DNA of 64,000 nucleotides from Octopus sinensis. Its lineage: Eukaryota. The DNA is taken from assembly GCF_006345805.1 (NCBI RefSeq), contig NC_043002.1:16802001-16866000 (forward strand), given 5' to 3'. The translations under genes were made by a program, and so were the position numbers. Each line of letters opens with the position of its first letter. The first letter of the stretch is position 1. A model generated the notes under the pieces. That model was not told the DNA's origin. It made no database searches and worked only from the letters and a program-made list of their open reading frames with translations. This document shows positions 26,823 to 40,375 of the stretch, piece after piece.

Positions 26823-27108
26823 GGAGGCGCAATGGCCCAGTGGTTAGGGCAGCGGACTCGCGGTCGTAGGATCGTGGTTTCGATTCCCAGACCGGGCCTT
26901 GTGAGTGTTTATTGAGCGAAAACACCTAAAAAGCTCCACGATGCTCCGGCAGGGGCTGGTGATCCCTGCTGTACTCTTTCACCACTCTTTCTTCTGTTGG
27001 CCTGCACGCTTAGCCAGCGGGGTGGCGTCATTCGAAGGCTAAAACAATGCGAACGCATTGTGACCAGCGATGTGTAACAACGTCTGATGGTCTGGTAGGT
27101 CACGTGAT
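26823..27108 (+). mobile_element. Full-length tRNA-Arg-like SINE (family B) with 13-bp TSD
   Basis: Head with CTCGCGG anticodon-like loop; ACATAAGGAATTA at 26809-26821 and 27110-27122. Confidence 0.93.
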
Positions 27109-29729
27109 CACATAAGGAATTAGGGAAAAATGCCACCAAAGAACTTATGCGGCTACTTCATCACCTATAATTGATACCCCAACAAAATGCATAACAGAAC
27201 ATGTTCTAAAACAAAGAAAACGTAATAATACAGCGCTCTATACTATTCGATTGAAAACAAAAAAAAAACAATGCATGACAGCAATAGATGGTAATACCAT
27301 TCAAAATGAAATTACTTCATGGCAGACGATCTGCACTAAACATTATCGACAAAAGAAAATCACTAAAATGATAGTGGTTAAAGCAATAAAAGCAATTGTT
27401 CTCCTAGTAACATCAGTTATATTTACATTTTATATGGAATCTGGTGACTAATAGAGCGTTCGTTAAAAGTTGCCAAGAAACAAGTCATTCGTTTTCTATT
27501 CTTCTAATGTTGGTGTTTGCAAGGATTGATATAATCACTTCATTCTACGTAATTGCTATGCAGTGTAAAGTGTAACGAGTGCAACAAAATTACTTATCGC
27601 TTTAGTCAAGGTGAAAGTACGTGAATGAATGGCGTAGTATAGTTCGTCGCCAGCATCTTCAGCTTTGCAACATTACACAAGACCCACTGGAATTCATTGG
27701 AGAGAGGGTCTAATGTTACAGGAGAGAGTCGATATTAATAACTGCTTCCATTACATTCGAGATTTTGCCATGACGTTCTGATGATAGATGACAAAGGCCG
27801 GATATTATTCTTTTTTTAACCAGTTGATGCATTGCAGTATATTTCGAAACATGGATGGCAACAGAAAGGAAAACACTGGGTTGAAATATATATATATATA
27901 TTCATATGAACTAACTTACAAGTGTAATATTTGTAGATAATACAATGAATAATGCATAAATGCATGAATTTGTTGCTTTGAAGCAATCGAGATAGCCTCT
28001 GGATATTCAGTGAATGTGTTGAAGATATTGTCCATTGTGTACTTGAAGGAAACATATTTCAAGAACTCATAGGTAATATGTGTAGTGAATGGAAATTGGG
28101 AACGTTATATGAAGGCTTTCCTCTCGGTAGTATTTCTCAAAGAATAATCATGGTTTTCAAGGGAAGAAAAAAAGAATTCTTCAAAACTAAAGAAGATTGG
28201 TTTGATAAATTATGAAATAGATCAGCTTCTGACTGGCAGGCAGCAAAATATGAAGGGTGAACCATGCGCCGAAGCATTCTTTGTCGTACGGATAGTGATT
28301 TTACGATACATATGTCATCGAGATCCGGGAAGCCAATGAATCACTTTAGATATAGTAGACATTTTGATTTGTCTTTAATGGTATACAAGTGTGTGTATGT
28401 AAGTCTGCGTGAGAGAGAGAGAGAGAGAGAGCGAAAGAAAGGGAGTGAGTGAGTGTGTGTGTATGTAGCGTGTGTGTGTGTGTGTGTGTGCATGTTTCTG
28501 TGTGCGCCCGGTCTTGCTATTGAACTGGCCTTCGTCTATGTGCGTGCAGGCTTCCATAAATGTTCCGTGTAACAAATAATGTATAGCGAACCCTGGCTGT
28601 AGTAGAAATCACCTATCAAAATTTTTGCAGAGTTCGAGCTATCTTGCAACAGGGATTTCAAATCTATTTTGCTCAGGGTACAGGATTATCTGCCGCAAGC
28701 ATTTTTATGGTCATTTTTCTCTATATCCTTCATTATTTCTTAAGCTGTAATATTATACTGCAACTAAATTCAAGTAAACTTAAAACCAATTTATATGTTA
28801 ATATAAGCGATTTTGGATTTAGTGTATTTAATTAGAGTATAGTTTCGTTTGTTAAAATGAACTTAAGAAGGCGGAGTGATGAAAGTGAGATTATATTGAC
28901 AATAAATGCATACATGATGATAGTGATTATAATGTTCAAAAGAGAGCTATGTTTAAGATTGACGATTGAGATATAAATGATGACCTCTTGATAACAAGAG
29001 GAAGAAAACTTTTGATGTTTACAATGATGAATATTATGGCGACGATGATGAATGGCATGGAGATGATGGTGATTATAGGGAAAGGGAAGGTAGGGGAGGG
29101 AATGACAACGTTGCGTCATTCTCGTTTGATATCGTTTTTCATCCAGGTCAATGGATGGCGATATTGTTCAAATATCGAAGAAAAATTCCTTGCTAACAGA
29201 TTACATTAACTAAACCATTATGTTTCATGTTGAAATGCCGTTTGGGGTCGATTCTTCTGTTTATAGTTGCTAAAATAAATTATATTTAAGTAATAGGTCA
29301 ATTTCATCAAATATGACCCCACTCTGAGGATCTGGACATATGTCAACGTTAGAAATCAATAATGAAGCAAAAGTTGATGACATTTTGATATGTCATAGAA
29401 GCACCCCATTTTGTTTTAATCAAAAGTTTTAATTGCACACAGCAGATATGCAATGTCATGTATAACATATGCAAACAGAATATCGTTAGACAATGTTTGG
29501 GAGTGTAAGGGGCTGTAGTGTCTGCATACAGAGTGATTTGGAAAGACGAACGAATGTCGACAATGTTATGAAATCACATAGAATACAATTTAACGAGTGC
29601 AGAACGAAAGTCAAATATCTTCAAGGATATAACATGAAAGATATTATATAATACCTATTAAAATTGCTTCTGTTCACCTTTCTTCTCTTCCTGTTGCACA
29701 ACTGCTTTCTTATTCTTTTCTTCTTTGAA

Positions 29730-29850
29730 CGAACAGAATTGTTAGCACGTTAGCCAAAATTTAATTTTGCCCGTTTTTACGATCTGTGTATAAATTCCGC
29801 CGAGGTCGCCTTGGTCTGTCACCCTTTGTGCGTCAAGGAAATAAGTACAG
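29730..29850 (+). mobile_element. Degenerate family-C SINE fragment
   Basis: GAATTGTTAGCACG...AAATTCCGCCGAGGTCG blocks. Confidence 0.6.
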
Positions 29851-30195
29851 TAATACCTCACCATATCGCGGTTCGCCTTTCGTGTTTCAACTATCACAGT
29901 TCTTTTGTTTCTTCTTAGTAAGTTTACGTCGATTCCTCCGTGCTGTTGTTTTACATTTATAATGAAATAAATATATACAAATTATAGAAATAAAATTTTA
30001 AAATATACAGTAAAGTACTTACTCTACTTCGCGGATTTTCACATATCGCAGAGAGTTTCGGCACTTAACACCCGTGATAATCGACGGATTACTGTACCAG
30101 TTAAGCAGCTATGTTAATGTAATTGACTTAACCCCACCCCGAAAATGGCATTATACCAAATTTTGTAACCAGTATTATTATTATTGGCATTTTAT

Positions 30196-30255
30196 CAGCA
30201 GCAGCAGCAGTAACACTAGTAGTAGCAGTTGCAGCAGCAGTACCAACAGCAGCAA

Positions 30256-30287
<32 letters not shown>
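30196..30287. repeat. Imperfect (CAG)n/(TAG)n trinucleotide repeat
   Basis: Direct reading. Confidence 0.9.
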
Positions 30288-32570
30288 TTCAGTGGTTTTA
30301 TTTTTAATACATGTTTCCTGTGCACCACGGAGCGCATCTCTCTGCGTTACACCAATACATCTGTTATTAAAATTCCCACAGCTTGCTTTCCAGTCGTCAA
30401 GTTGGAAACGACCTGTCAATCTCTCGATTGAAACTACAAACCTATAAACACATTTGATGATGAATTATTAAATCCAATCTTTTTAGCATTTCCTGAAACT
30501 CAGTATTAGTACACTGGCGTTTTTCTTTTAGCTATAGCGTATCATATGGAAAGACATAACGATTATTAACCAGGCTAATTTCAAAAGGAATTGTTTCAGG
30601 ATAATAAGATACATCCTCACATCGATGACGTTACAGTGGGTGAGAATAATTTCCATTTAATATTTGAATACTATACTATCTTGCTAAATGGAAAATCCAT
30701 CATTGTTTGTACCAAAACCATTCATCATAGGGCAATAATATGGAGTATGCATTCAGCTGAAGCATTAATCTCTCGAAGCTTGCCTGATTTTGATATCTTC
30801 CGAAAACATTGATTCAACTTAAAAACGGTCGTGCATTACCTTGTTCTCTAAGGTTTTCTGCGATGTCCTTAGTATTATGCAATCTCGTTTTGCGCAGGTT
30901 TTAGCTATCGAAGTTACAATTGATAGCGAGCTTTGAGTCCCGCATATCTTTACTTGAACAGTGCAGTAAACAATTGTTATACGAATCGGAGTAGAGGATC
31001 AAATATTTATGTTAACGTATTTTTCTATATTTAAAAGACTTGACCGTACATTGAAAGTAATTGCATCTACCGTCCGCCTTATAACCTTCAAACCCTGGAA
31101 GGAACTGAAGGTAAGTGTAGAGCTAACTAGGACTATTTATCTTCTTATATGAATGCACTGATTTTTAGAAACATATCTATATTTTGTTCTCGAATATATT
31201 TAGGAAATTTTAAAATAACAGAAACTTAATTAAATTTCTGCAACCTTACCCATGTTTAATGCTCCCAGGGTTCATGTGTCAGTAACTCTTTCAAATATCA
31301 TTTATTAGATAATCAACTATAGGCTCAGTGATTACTTTTCCCTACTACAATCTGCAGTAATGAATTTTCTGAGCAGAAATTGTTCTTAGCATGCGTATTA
31401 TCGTATTATATTTTGTAACATATATTTTTCAGATAATCATGTACTCTCAGTGGTAAATGATCTCGTATTGTAATGTTCAGAAAAGCTTTTCCTTTATGTA
31501 TTGCCTTATGGTCACGTCTATTGTTTTTAGATTCACTACATCCGCTGAAATAGCATCCCCGTTTCCGATTCTTCGTTCCACATTGGCTGAAGTACCACCC
31601 TTGGAGCACAAGTGTTACATCGTTATGCTCACATATTCGAGAGCTTGGTCATCAACCATAAATAAGACCGTCTTTTCTTTTTTATCGATTTCTATAATAT
31701 TTGACTGTTCTGTTTTTACTTTCCACCCTAATTATTGAGCTTTTCACACTTTTGATGTACTTCAGATACCGACAATTTTGCTTAATTGCTTATATTGTGA
31801 GTTAACACATTTATCTATATGTCATTTCGACTATTTACCACCCAAACAATCACTGATCAAAAGGCTTCACTACATTTTAGAACGTTTTCCATGTGTTCCA
31901 ACTTATTATATGTCATCTCTGTACACAAGGAAAATAATGTATTGAAATACCAATGATTATAAATATCCTAATACAGGAAAATATTACTCTTGATGAGAGG
32001 TAAATACAAACATTAAAAAAAAAGGAATAGGAATATCTATATTACTTTCCCGTTTCGATTATGTTTTGCAACTGATATAACCAGCAACTTCAAATATTTT
32101 AAATTGGTAGTTCTAGGTAACTAATTATTAGGTGCGAATATCTCAATTCAGAGTCTATCAATATTTCCAGAGGTTTTGAGCAGCTGTTAACTTATGGCAA
32201 ATATGTATTTTGCAGTAATACATGCGCGGATGAGTTTTTTTTTTAATAAGCATATACACACACATAAATATATGTATATACGTATATGTATATATCCATG
32301 TATATATATCTGCATATATATATATATGTGTGTGAGTGCTGGGTGTATATATAGTTACATATAAGTATATATATATATATATATATATTTATATGTATAC
32401 ATATATATGCATATATATGTGTGTGAGAGCCTATGTGTATATATAGTTACATATATGTATATGCATATATGTATATATACATATGCATATAAATACATAT
32501 ATATATATATGTGGGAGTGCCTATGTGTATATATATATATATGTGTGTGTGTACATTTATATATCGTATG

Positions 32571-32602
<32 letters not shown>

Positions 32603-33009
32603 ATATATATATATGCACACACAGACACGCGCAGGCACACGCATATATATTTATGTATGTTTATTTCTGATTTATCTTCCATTAGTAACAAATTTTTATG
32701 CTCTTTTTCGATTAACGTATAATCTCAGCACTGCTGTCTACGTTTGTTTTCCCTATTTACACTAATGCAAATATGGCCCATATTATTGGTTTATATAGAG
32801 CGAAGAGGTCATGGAAGTTATTTCATTAAAAGTTGAAATGTACTTTTAATGTATATGTGTAAATTAACAAACACATCGTAAACAATCTCTATTTAGTCAC
32901 GAAAACACCTACATTTCTGTAGACTGAGCGTGGCCATGTGGAGCCGCATCGCGGATGTATTAGAAGTGCAGCTTTGCTGTGTGGAGGCGCAGCGTGGTTT
33001 TATAATGGT

Positions 33010-33160
33010 GCAGCGTGGCTGTGTGGAGGCGCGAGCCTGTCTGTCTGGTAAGAAGTGTGCTTCCCAGCCACTTGTGTAGGTGTTTCTACTATAGCCTCGG
33101 GCCGACCAAAGCTTTGTGAGTGGATTTGGTACACTGAAACTGAAAGAAAGATTGAAAAGT
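33010..33160 (+). mobile_element. Rearranged family-A SINE head and CORE fragment
   Basis: ACTATAGCCTCGGGCCGACCAAAGCTTTGTGAGTGGATTTGGT block; duplicated CTGTGTGGAGGCGC upstream. Confidence 0.7.
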
Positions 33161-35989
33161 GCGGGGAAAGAATACAGCAGGTTTCGTCGCCCCTTCCTGT
33201 GGAACTTTATATGTTTTGGCTCAATAAACACACACAACACCCAGTCTAGGAATCGAACGCATTCAACCTTGAATGGGGAGTAGTTAGTCAGCCGACAACT
33301 AATGTGGGGTCCTCTCGTTGTGTTTACTTGTCCTGTTTTCCAAATTTTTGTTGTTGCTTACGTTTATACGTGTATACATGTATAAATGTACGTACGCTTA
33401 CAGGATGAGATTAACCCTGTAGGATGTCGTTCCTTGTTTTAAATGGTTCGTCTACTGTCATAGCTTGATTTTTATCATCTTCACTTACGTGTTGCATACT
33501 GTGGTTTACTGTAACCAAAGTGAGCATCACTCTCAATGAAAGATTACATGGAGTGATGAGACATGTTTCCGTTTGGGCTTTGAGCTTTTTGAGCATATAC
33601 TGGAAGATGCACCTATGACTGTCACATCATTGAACAATATTATAGAGTCCTAACAAGAAAAAGAAAATCATCTTTGCTGCTCATATGTAATATGGTACGC
33701 AAGTGATAACTAAGCTTCAAATCGAGTTGCATCATTATGTATGTATGCGTAAATGTATATATTATGTGTGTATGTATGTATTTCTAAATGTATGTATGAG
33801 ATGAGGCACAATCCTCAGAAAGCGTATTTATTTTCATGAATATACGCACCGTTCAGCTTCTTTCAAATTTAACATAATGAAACTGTAGAAAATACCTGAT
33901 GTGTCTAGCAACGTTATGGCCATTATCGTATTCCTGTTAATGATTCGAGATTTAACACGAATCTGGCACAAATTAGAGCTCTATTCTATTACTGATAAAA
34001 TTGACTCGCGCTTTAAATAAGTTTAGTTCGAACAAAATTGAGCGAGTGTTGTAAATAGGGAAATAGTGTTAGAGAGTTTGATCGATGGAAAGAAAGATGG
34101 ATATAGAGTGTCTGAGAGTTTTAGACTGCATTGAATGACTGTTCAAGAAATCTAATTTTATCTATGCGCAGATTTCGATTCACCATGCAATGCAGTGCAA
34201 CATCTCGCCTACTGCAATGTGCATCAGATAGACAATTCACACTACTTTGCCTACTTCAATGTATTTAGCGAACTGACCCCATCAAGAATGATTATTCACT
34301 AAATTTTATTGTGCAGTAAATGTTCAAGTAACGTTCTCAAAAATGTGATGTCAATGTTGTAAGCAATAAATATCTCGTTCTCACATATGTGAGAATCAAT
34401 ATTGTAATACTATTTCTCTTTAATACTACACAAACGATTCCTGAATTCTTCTATATCTTTCCTCTATATTGCAATAGGGGGATTGTTGTTGCAAAGGCTG
34501 GTTGAAAGATACTAGCATACGTATTTCATTTCGTTACGTACGTGCGAATTTGATGTTAGATGCATTCGCCTCTCTCTGCATCAAGCAATGATTTCCAAAA
34601 TATGATTTTGGCATTAATTTTGTACTGCGTACTAGGGAATTCGTTTCGGATTGCTGTTTGTTATTATTATTAGAATACATGTTTCGTGCAGCATGAACAA
34701 GGTGAAAGGTAAATAGACATCAGTTGCTACTAGAAACTAAAATATTTTTAAAAATTATAACAATTGTGTTTGACGTTTACTGTTTGGACTTAAGCATGAT
34801 AAGTGTTTTAATGCGATACTAAAAAAAGAAACGGATAGTTTTCTTCATTTTTTTTCGTTTCCTTACGATTGCTGCATCTATCAGTCTACAGCACAACATA
34901 GGTATCCAATATTAGAATATTACTCGTACCGAAAAATACTGCAGATTTTCGAACAGTACTCGGTATTAATACTCTTCGTATAGCTTTCATGGAACATCTG
35001 TCTGAGTCTTTAGAGCTAGCATAAATGTCGGAGTTAAAGTGACGGTAACACTGCTGCGGCGCTTTCATAGAATGCGCTACTGATATTAGTTAACAAATAC
35101 AAATAGGGCAACATAAGCATAGAAACACATGTGAGAAATAAAAATATCCGAGCAAGCATAAAATATTGATATATTGCGATGATAGAAAAGACAAAAGTTA
35201 AATTAAAATAGAGAGGAGAAGAAACACGTAGAAAGACATCTTAAGTTAGCTGGATTAAATATAATAGCCGAGAGAAAAACATATTTACCAAGAAACCATG
35301 GATACGCAATACTTATTTCTTTCAGATGTGTATGTTATAACATAGGGAGATAGAAGAATAGCTTTGTTTCGCCATTGAAACAACTGTACAGTTACAAGAG
35401 ACAAAAATCAACATTGCAATAAACATGTACGTATGTAGCATTTATAAAGTGCTAATATCCCTCGGCATTCATACAAACACAAATAGTTCCGCTAGTAAAA
35501 TGTCAACATACATGAAATAAGTGTACGAATTTCTGTTCTTGGAGACACCTGAACAAATAACAATAGTTACTCGAGAGTTGATGTTCATGCACTGTACAAA
35601 CAAGAATAATGCACAAACATGCGATAATTAACGAAATATAAACACATGCTTTCGTGTGTGTATGTGTATGCGAACGGGTTTGAGTGTTTGTGTGAATGCA
35701 CGTCTGTGTGCTAGTTTGAATCAGAACTGAGCTGTGATATGGATAAAACAATATTTAGTTTAATCAAAGTATGGTTTGACATATTTTAACATTTAAAAGC
35801 AAACTCACTGTTGTTGGCGTGGAGATAAACTTTTATTAATATTTTTTTTCTTATGATAAAAACATAAATTTGCATTTAGAATTTAGAATATGTCAAAGCA
35901 TATTTTTACCTACATAAATTTCATATACATACATGCATACATACATACATACATACACACATACATACATACCGGGAAGATATGGCCAG

Positions 35990-36178
35990 TCGATTAGATG
36001 GATCTCAGTACGCAACTGGCACTTAATTTATCGACCCAGAAGGGATGAAACGGAAAATCGCCCTCGGCGAAATTTGATCTCAGAACGTTAAGACAGACGA
36101 AATACCAATAAGCATCTTGTTACGCCAGCCAATATTTCTTGCATGTACTTATGTATGTATGTGCATATATATACATAT

Positions 36179-36255
<77 letters not shown>

Positions 36256-36286
36256 AATACATGCAAATTTAATCATATCTACACAC

Positions 36287-36361
<75 letters not shown>

Positions 36362-36520
36362 TGTGTTTTGTAATATATGCTTAGCACTATTTCGTCTGTC
36401 TTTACGTTCTGAGTTCAAATCCCGCCGTAGTCGATTTTGCCTTTCATCCCTTCGAGACCGATACATTATGTACCAGTTGCGTACTGTGGTCGATCTAGTC
36501 CACCACCAAACGTGTTGGCC
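35990..36520. mobile_element. Two divergently oriented family-C SINE fragments (about 35990-36125 minus, 36378-36520 plus) around a CA/TA/TG microsatellite
   Basis: Each matches the 13320 element, in opposite orientations. Confidence 0.8.
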
Positions 36521-37465
36521 TTGTGAATAGAATAGAAATGAATATAGAGATTCACAGAATTATGTGAGTATCGGAGAAAGATCCTTTAGCGGAATCGACT
36601 AACAGGTCACATAGTCATCTCGTACAGAACTATATAATGCAGTATTATATATATATATATATAATGCAGTATATATATATATATACTTAGCCATCTGTCA
36701 CTTTTAGAATTATGGCCGTTTTCAAACTTCTTTATGTTATAACTATTTCAATGAAGTATAAATTATGTTTACATTTCTATTCTCGTATGCATGCAACGCA
36801 TTATGCAATACGATTGTGTATATATATAGACACATACAAATCATTGCAGATTAAAAAAGGTAGATGAGATCACCAGAACATCATTGTTACGCAAATAATT
36901 CAACACTAAATCTAAGTACCTAAGTTCCTCTTTATATACATATTTTCTCTTTATATTCAATGTATGTAAGACAACGAGTAGAGATCATTAGCTGTGTAGG
37001 GTCAGTAAAAATAAAGATATGCTGTTTCATAATAATCAAAGCGATGGATTGTATTTCAAGGAATTTACGATACTAAATGTTACAAGAAAAAAACAGAAGC
37101 GACAACAGGAAGTAAAATTGGTATTGTAAATATAAAAAGAAAAATATTTGAACAGAATATAACAGTACTTATAAAATTTGACTATACATTAATTCAATCG
37201 GGAACGGAACACATCATATTTAAGGAATAATCAGAGGATAGAATTGAAGAAGGGGAATATTGAAATTGCGTTAGAGAATCTAGAACTTACTGATATTTTC
37301 TTAATGACACCTAAAAATAAACTATATCAAAATGGGCTGAAATTGAACCTAACCAATAGTCACATTTAAATAAAAGCATATGCAAATCAGTAGTAACACA
37401 CTAAGCAATGCACAACCACACTCACAACGTTGCATAATGTTGTACCCATGAATGTAATTACAGAC

Positions 37466-37682
37466 CAAGGCGGCGTGCTGGCAGAATCGTTTGCACGCTG
37501 AGCGAAATGCTTAGCTCTATTTCGTCTGTCTTTACACTCTGAGATCAAATTCCGCTGAGGTCGACTTTGCCTTTCATCCTTTCGAGGTCGATAAATTAAG
37601 TACCAGGTGCGTACTAGGGTCGATCTGATCGACTGGCTCCCTGCCCCAAAACTTAGGGCCTTGTGCCTAGAGTAGAAAAGAA
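37466..37682 (+). mobile_element. Family-C SINE
   Basis: AAGGCGGCGTGCTGGCAGAATCG head and central domain. Confidence 0.88.
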
Positions 37683-37799
37683 AACATAAATAGGCACGGA
37701 GACAAACTTAGAAACACACACACATATATGTATCCGTAACACCCCCCCCCCATATATATGTATATTTCAGTAAGTAATGCCGCTTGGCACATATTGACC

Positions 37800-38551
37800 T
37801 TGTACAAGCGTCTTAAATTTAGACGCCGTACCCCACTTCTGCTGTTTCCAGCAGTACTTGGAATGAAAGTGCGTAGCATGTGATCGACACATTGACCTAC
37901 TCACAGAAAGTTGTCCTGGAGATACCTGCTCAGAGGGCTATGCAAAGTTGCAGAAAGGGTATGGAAAGGAGTGTATGAGCCGCACACAAATGTACAAGTG
38001 GTTCAGACGTTTCCAAGATGAACCAGACAATGTCAATAGTGATGAAAGTTCCGTAACCAGCAGAACTGAGAAACATCGCAGGTATGCGTGCAGCTGAGGC
38101 GAAATCGTTGAATCACGATGTGCAGAGTAGTTACAGTTCAGTCCAATATCACAGAAGATTTGGGCATGAGTCTACCAAGTTTCTGCCAAAAGTGCCTTCG
38201 ACGGACCAAAAGGACATTCGAGGTTCAGTTACACACGACATCCTTGATTTTGTCGAGAACAATGAAAGCTTTTTTAAAAAATTTTCTGAGGTCTCTCAGC
38301 AGGTAGCGCCAAGATTTTTGAAAAAATATGATGCAGATCCTACGCTCAACTTTTTCTCTCGTGTTCAATGCAACGATCACACATTGTGTACCTTCCTTGT
38401 AAGCACTGCTGTAAACAGCGAAAGTGAATTAGAACGTTAAGACATAGCACGCCCGGAGAGCAACATTCAACTCTGTGCCAAGCGGGTTTACTCTGCCTTC
38501 CTTAGCTTCGTTATTATGGTAATAGTCCCAATATTTATTGATCAGACCACG
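37800..38551 (+). mobile_element. Decayed, internally deleted mariner (third lineage)
   Basis: YAKLQKGYGKECMSRTQMYKWFRRFQD (mariner N-terminal HTH) at about 37939-38030; TIR-like TTTATTGATCAGACCACG at the right end. Left end uncertain. Confidence 0.65.
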
Positions 38552-39444
38552 CATATATATGTATGTGTGTGTGAGTGTGTGTGTGTGCGCGCGCGTATAA
38601 TATTTATTGCCAAACTAACGTGGCAGTTCAAACAAATACCAGGAATACTCCTGTAGATTAGCTCCGAGAGGCGATCGGTTCTAGCTAAGTATATTATGCA
38701 CAAACCTGCGTCCATAAACCTTCGAACAGACCGATTTCAGAGTAGTTGCCCCTTATCAATATGCAGCAGCCGAGTACAGCAGGGGTTACTGTTAACAATA
38801 AATATCATTAACCAGTACTATTGTTGTATCTCCTCTTGAGTGATTTAGAAATTATAACACACACATACACACACACACACACATACACATACACACACGC
38901 ACACATATATATTTATATACAAACATAAATACATGCATACATACATACATACATATATACATATATACAGACAGACATATAAATGTACATACATATATGA
39001 GTGTAGTGGGATGAAGATGTACGTATGTAGTATATAATAATCTACTATCGCCTGAGTAGCACACACAATTACACGCTGCAGTCTATTTCGGATTGTAAAG
39101 AAAATAACTGAGCAACCTTCACATTTTTAGTTGTTAAGCTTATAATGCTTGCTCAATGCCAATAAGTAACATTCTTCTATGTTTATATCTTCAAGCTAGT
39201 AATACCTAAATCTCCTTATTTTCCTGGAAAGTGTTTAGAACGATACAACTAGGGGTTTGTTGTACGAAAAATCTATTGGCAAAACTATAAACTCCTTACC
39301 TATTCGTTCTTCTCTAATTTAATCTTCGACGTGTTTTTTATGTGGTATGTATTTTTCCCAAGTCGCCGAATTTGAAACAACTGGAAATTATAATATCAAT
39401 TCCTTTTTTCACTACAAGTGAAACAAGAATTAATTCCCGATATC

Positions 39445-39820
39445 AGGAATGGTTGTGAGGTCCCACTGTTTGGCACCTTGGGCAAGAGTCTTCCACTATA
39501 GCCTCGGTCCGACCAAAGCCTTGTGAGTGGATTTGATAGACGGAAACTGAAAGAATCCCCTCATATATATGTATATATATGTATGTGTGTGTGTGTGTGC
39601 GTGTGTGTGTGTGAGTGTGTGTGAGTGTGTGTGTGTGTCTGTTGTCTGTGCCTTTCCCCCATGACATCGCTTGATAACCGATGCTGGTGTGTTTTCGTCC
39701 CAGTAACTTAGCCTAGTACTAGAATAAGTACTAGGCTTAAAAAGAATAAATCCTCGGGTCGATTTGCTCGACTAAAGGCAGTACTCCAGCATGGCTGCAG
39801 TCAAACAAGTAAAAAAAAAA
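39445..39820 (+). mobile_element. Family-A SINE, slightly 5'-truncated
   Basis: CORE-like block, internal (TG)n and tail. Confidence 0.85.
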
Positions 39821-39964
39821 ACTAACAAATTGCCGGGCATTTTGTCTGTCTTACCGTTCTGAGTTCAAATGGGTTGATGTAGTCGAGATATTGTTTCCCC
39901 GATATTGCTGGCCTTGTGCCAAAAAATAAAATCCATATCACGATGTTGTGGCTACATACTGTAC

Positions 39965-40375
39965 TAAAGCTGGCAGAATTGTTAGCACGCTGGGTAAAAC
40001 GCTTAGTGTTATTTCGTCTGCCGTTACGTTCTGAGTTCAAATTCCGCCGAGGTCGACTTTCCCTTTCATCCTTTCGGGGTCGATTAAATGAGTACCAGTT
40101 ACGCACTGAAGTCGATATAATCGACTTAATCCGTGTGTCTGTCCTTGTTTGTCTTCTCTATGTTTAGCCCCTTGTGGGTAGTAAAGAAATAGGTATTTCG
40201 TCTGCCGTTACGTTCGGAGTTCAAATTCCGTCCAGGTCGACTTTGCCTTTCATCCTCTCGGGGTCGATAAATTAAGTACCAGTTACGCACTGGGATCGAT
40301 CTAATGGACTTAATCCCTATGCCTTTCCTTGCTTGTCCCCTCTATGTGTGCCCCTTGTGGGCAATAAAGAAATAA
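39965..40375 (+). mobile_element. Tandem dimer of family-C SINE (second unit starts at about 40194), with a further fragment at about 39830-39930
   Basis: The TATTTCGTCTGCCGTTACGTTC...CCCCTTGTGGG block is present twice. Confidence 0.88.

Noticed and set aside
30074-30419. Poly-Ser/Ala/Gln-encoding exon from the CAG repeat
   Set aside because: The flanking sequence has no coding signal or convincing splice sites; simple repeat is sufficient.
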